From positions 1,178,001 to 1,242,000 of the forward strand of contig AP026133.1 in the NCBI GenBank assembly GCA_030295235.1: 64,000 bases of DNA, given 5' to 3'. This stretch comes from Fistulifera solaris. Lineage: Eukaryota. Under the pieces are notes generated by a model. That model did not search any database. It saw only the letters and a program-made list of their open reading frames with translations, and was not told the DNA's origin. The position numbers were made by a program, and so were the translations under genes. This document shows positions 63,737-64,000 of the stretch, in pieces (position 1 is the stretch's first letter; each line of letters begins with the position of its first letter).

Positions 63737-64000
63737 TTCAAATTATAGGATTGATGCGGCACGTATACCATGACGCGAAGCCGGTCAGCTGAAATTCCAG
63801 CACGATATCTTCATTTTCTGTCAAGTTCATCCGGAAAGAAGGAGTGATCCTACCGTTTTCGTCGTCGTGAAGATCCTTACCATCTTCGTATGAGCATACG
63901 GACCCTTTTGGAAATATCCTGCGTAGCCATTTACCCTCCTTTTGCGAGAGTTGTAGTCGGTAACGTTCGGCGCCGGCAGCCTCAGTGGTGCTTTCCGTAT
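63737..64000 (-). CDS. Possible 3' part of a gene entering from beyond the window
   Basis: Frame open from 64000 to TGA near 63737; no family recognised. Confidence 0.25.

Noticed and set aside
1..64000. Prokaryotic operons, CRISPR arrays, rRNA/tRNA genes, intact transposons
   Set aside because: None recognised by eye; spliceosomal introns and organelle presequences indicate eukaryotic nuclear DNA. A small RNA gene could have been missed without a covariance-model scan.

Overview
Gene-dense eukaryotic nuclear DNA, most likely from a pennate diatom. This is inferred from short GT-AG introns, bipartite signal+Phe plastid presequences, a type III glutamine synthetase, diatom-type hypothetical proteins and TTAGGG repeats. 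About 28 protein genes are supported, including GDP-mannose 4,6-dehydratase (partial), a secreted Endonuclease I family nuclease, SCOT, a dynein intermediate chain-like WD40 protein, a P5-type ATPase, plastid 6-phosphogluconolactonase and phosphofructokinase, a PNGase-thioredoxin fusion, a DsbA/FrnE protein, two convergent GOST-like paralogues, an SNF5-repeat protein, SpoU, GSIII, a CLC transporter, a P450 and a phosphagen kinase. Standout observations: (1) a 114-nt interstitial (TTAGGG)n tract inside a glycosyltransferase CDS, where removing 109 nt as a GT...AG intron exactly restores the frame; (2) a DsbA/FrnE gene with in-frame TGA at the first Cys of its CxxC motif (UPFC) and a SECIS-like hairpin with an unusually short upper stem; (3) a recurrent intergenic inverted-repeat motif GACT-N6-8-AGTC; (4) a phosphagen kinase lacking the catalytic Cys and NEED glutamates. 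About 18 apparent single-base frameshifts, mostly in homopolymers, suggest an unpolished assembly, so all calls need read or RNA-seq checks. All family assignments are from motif recognition, not database searches.
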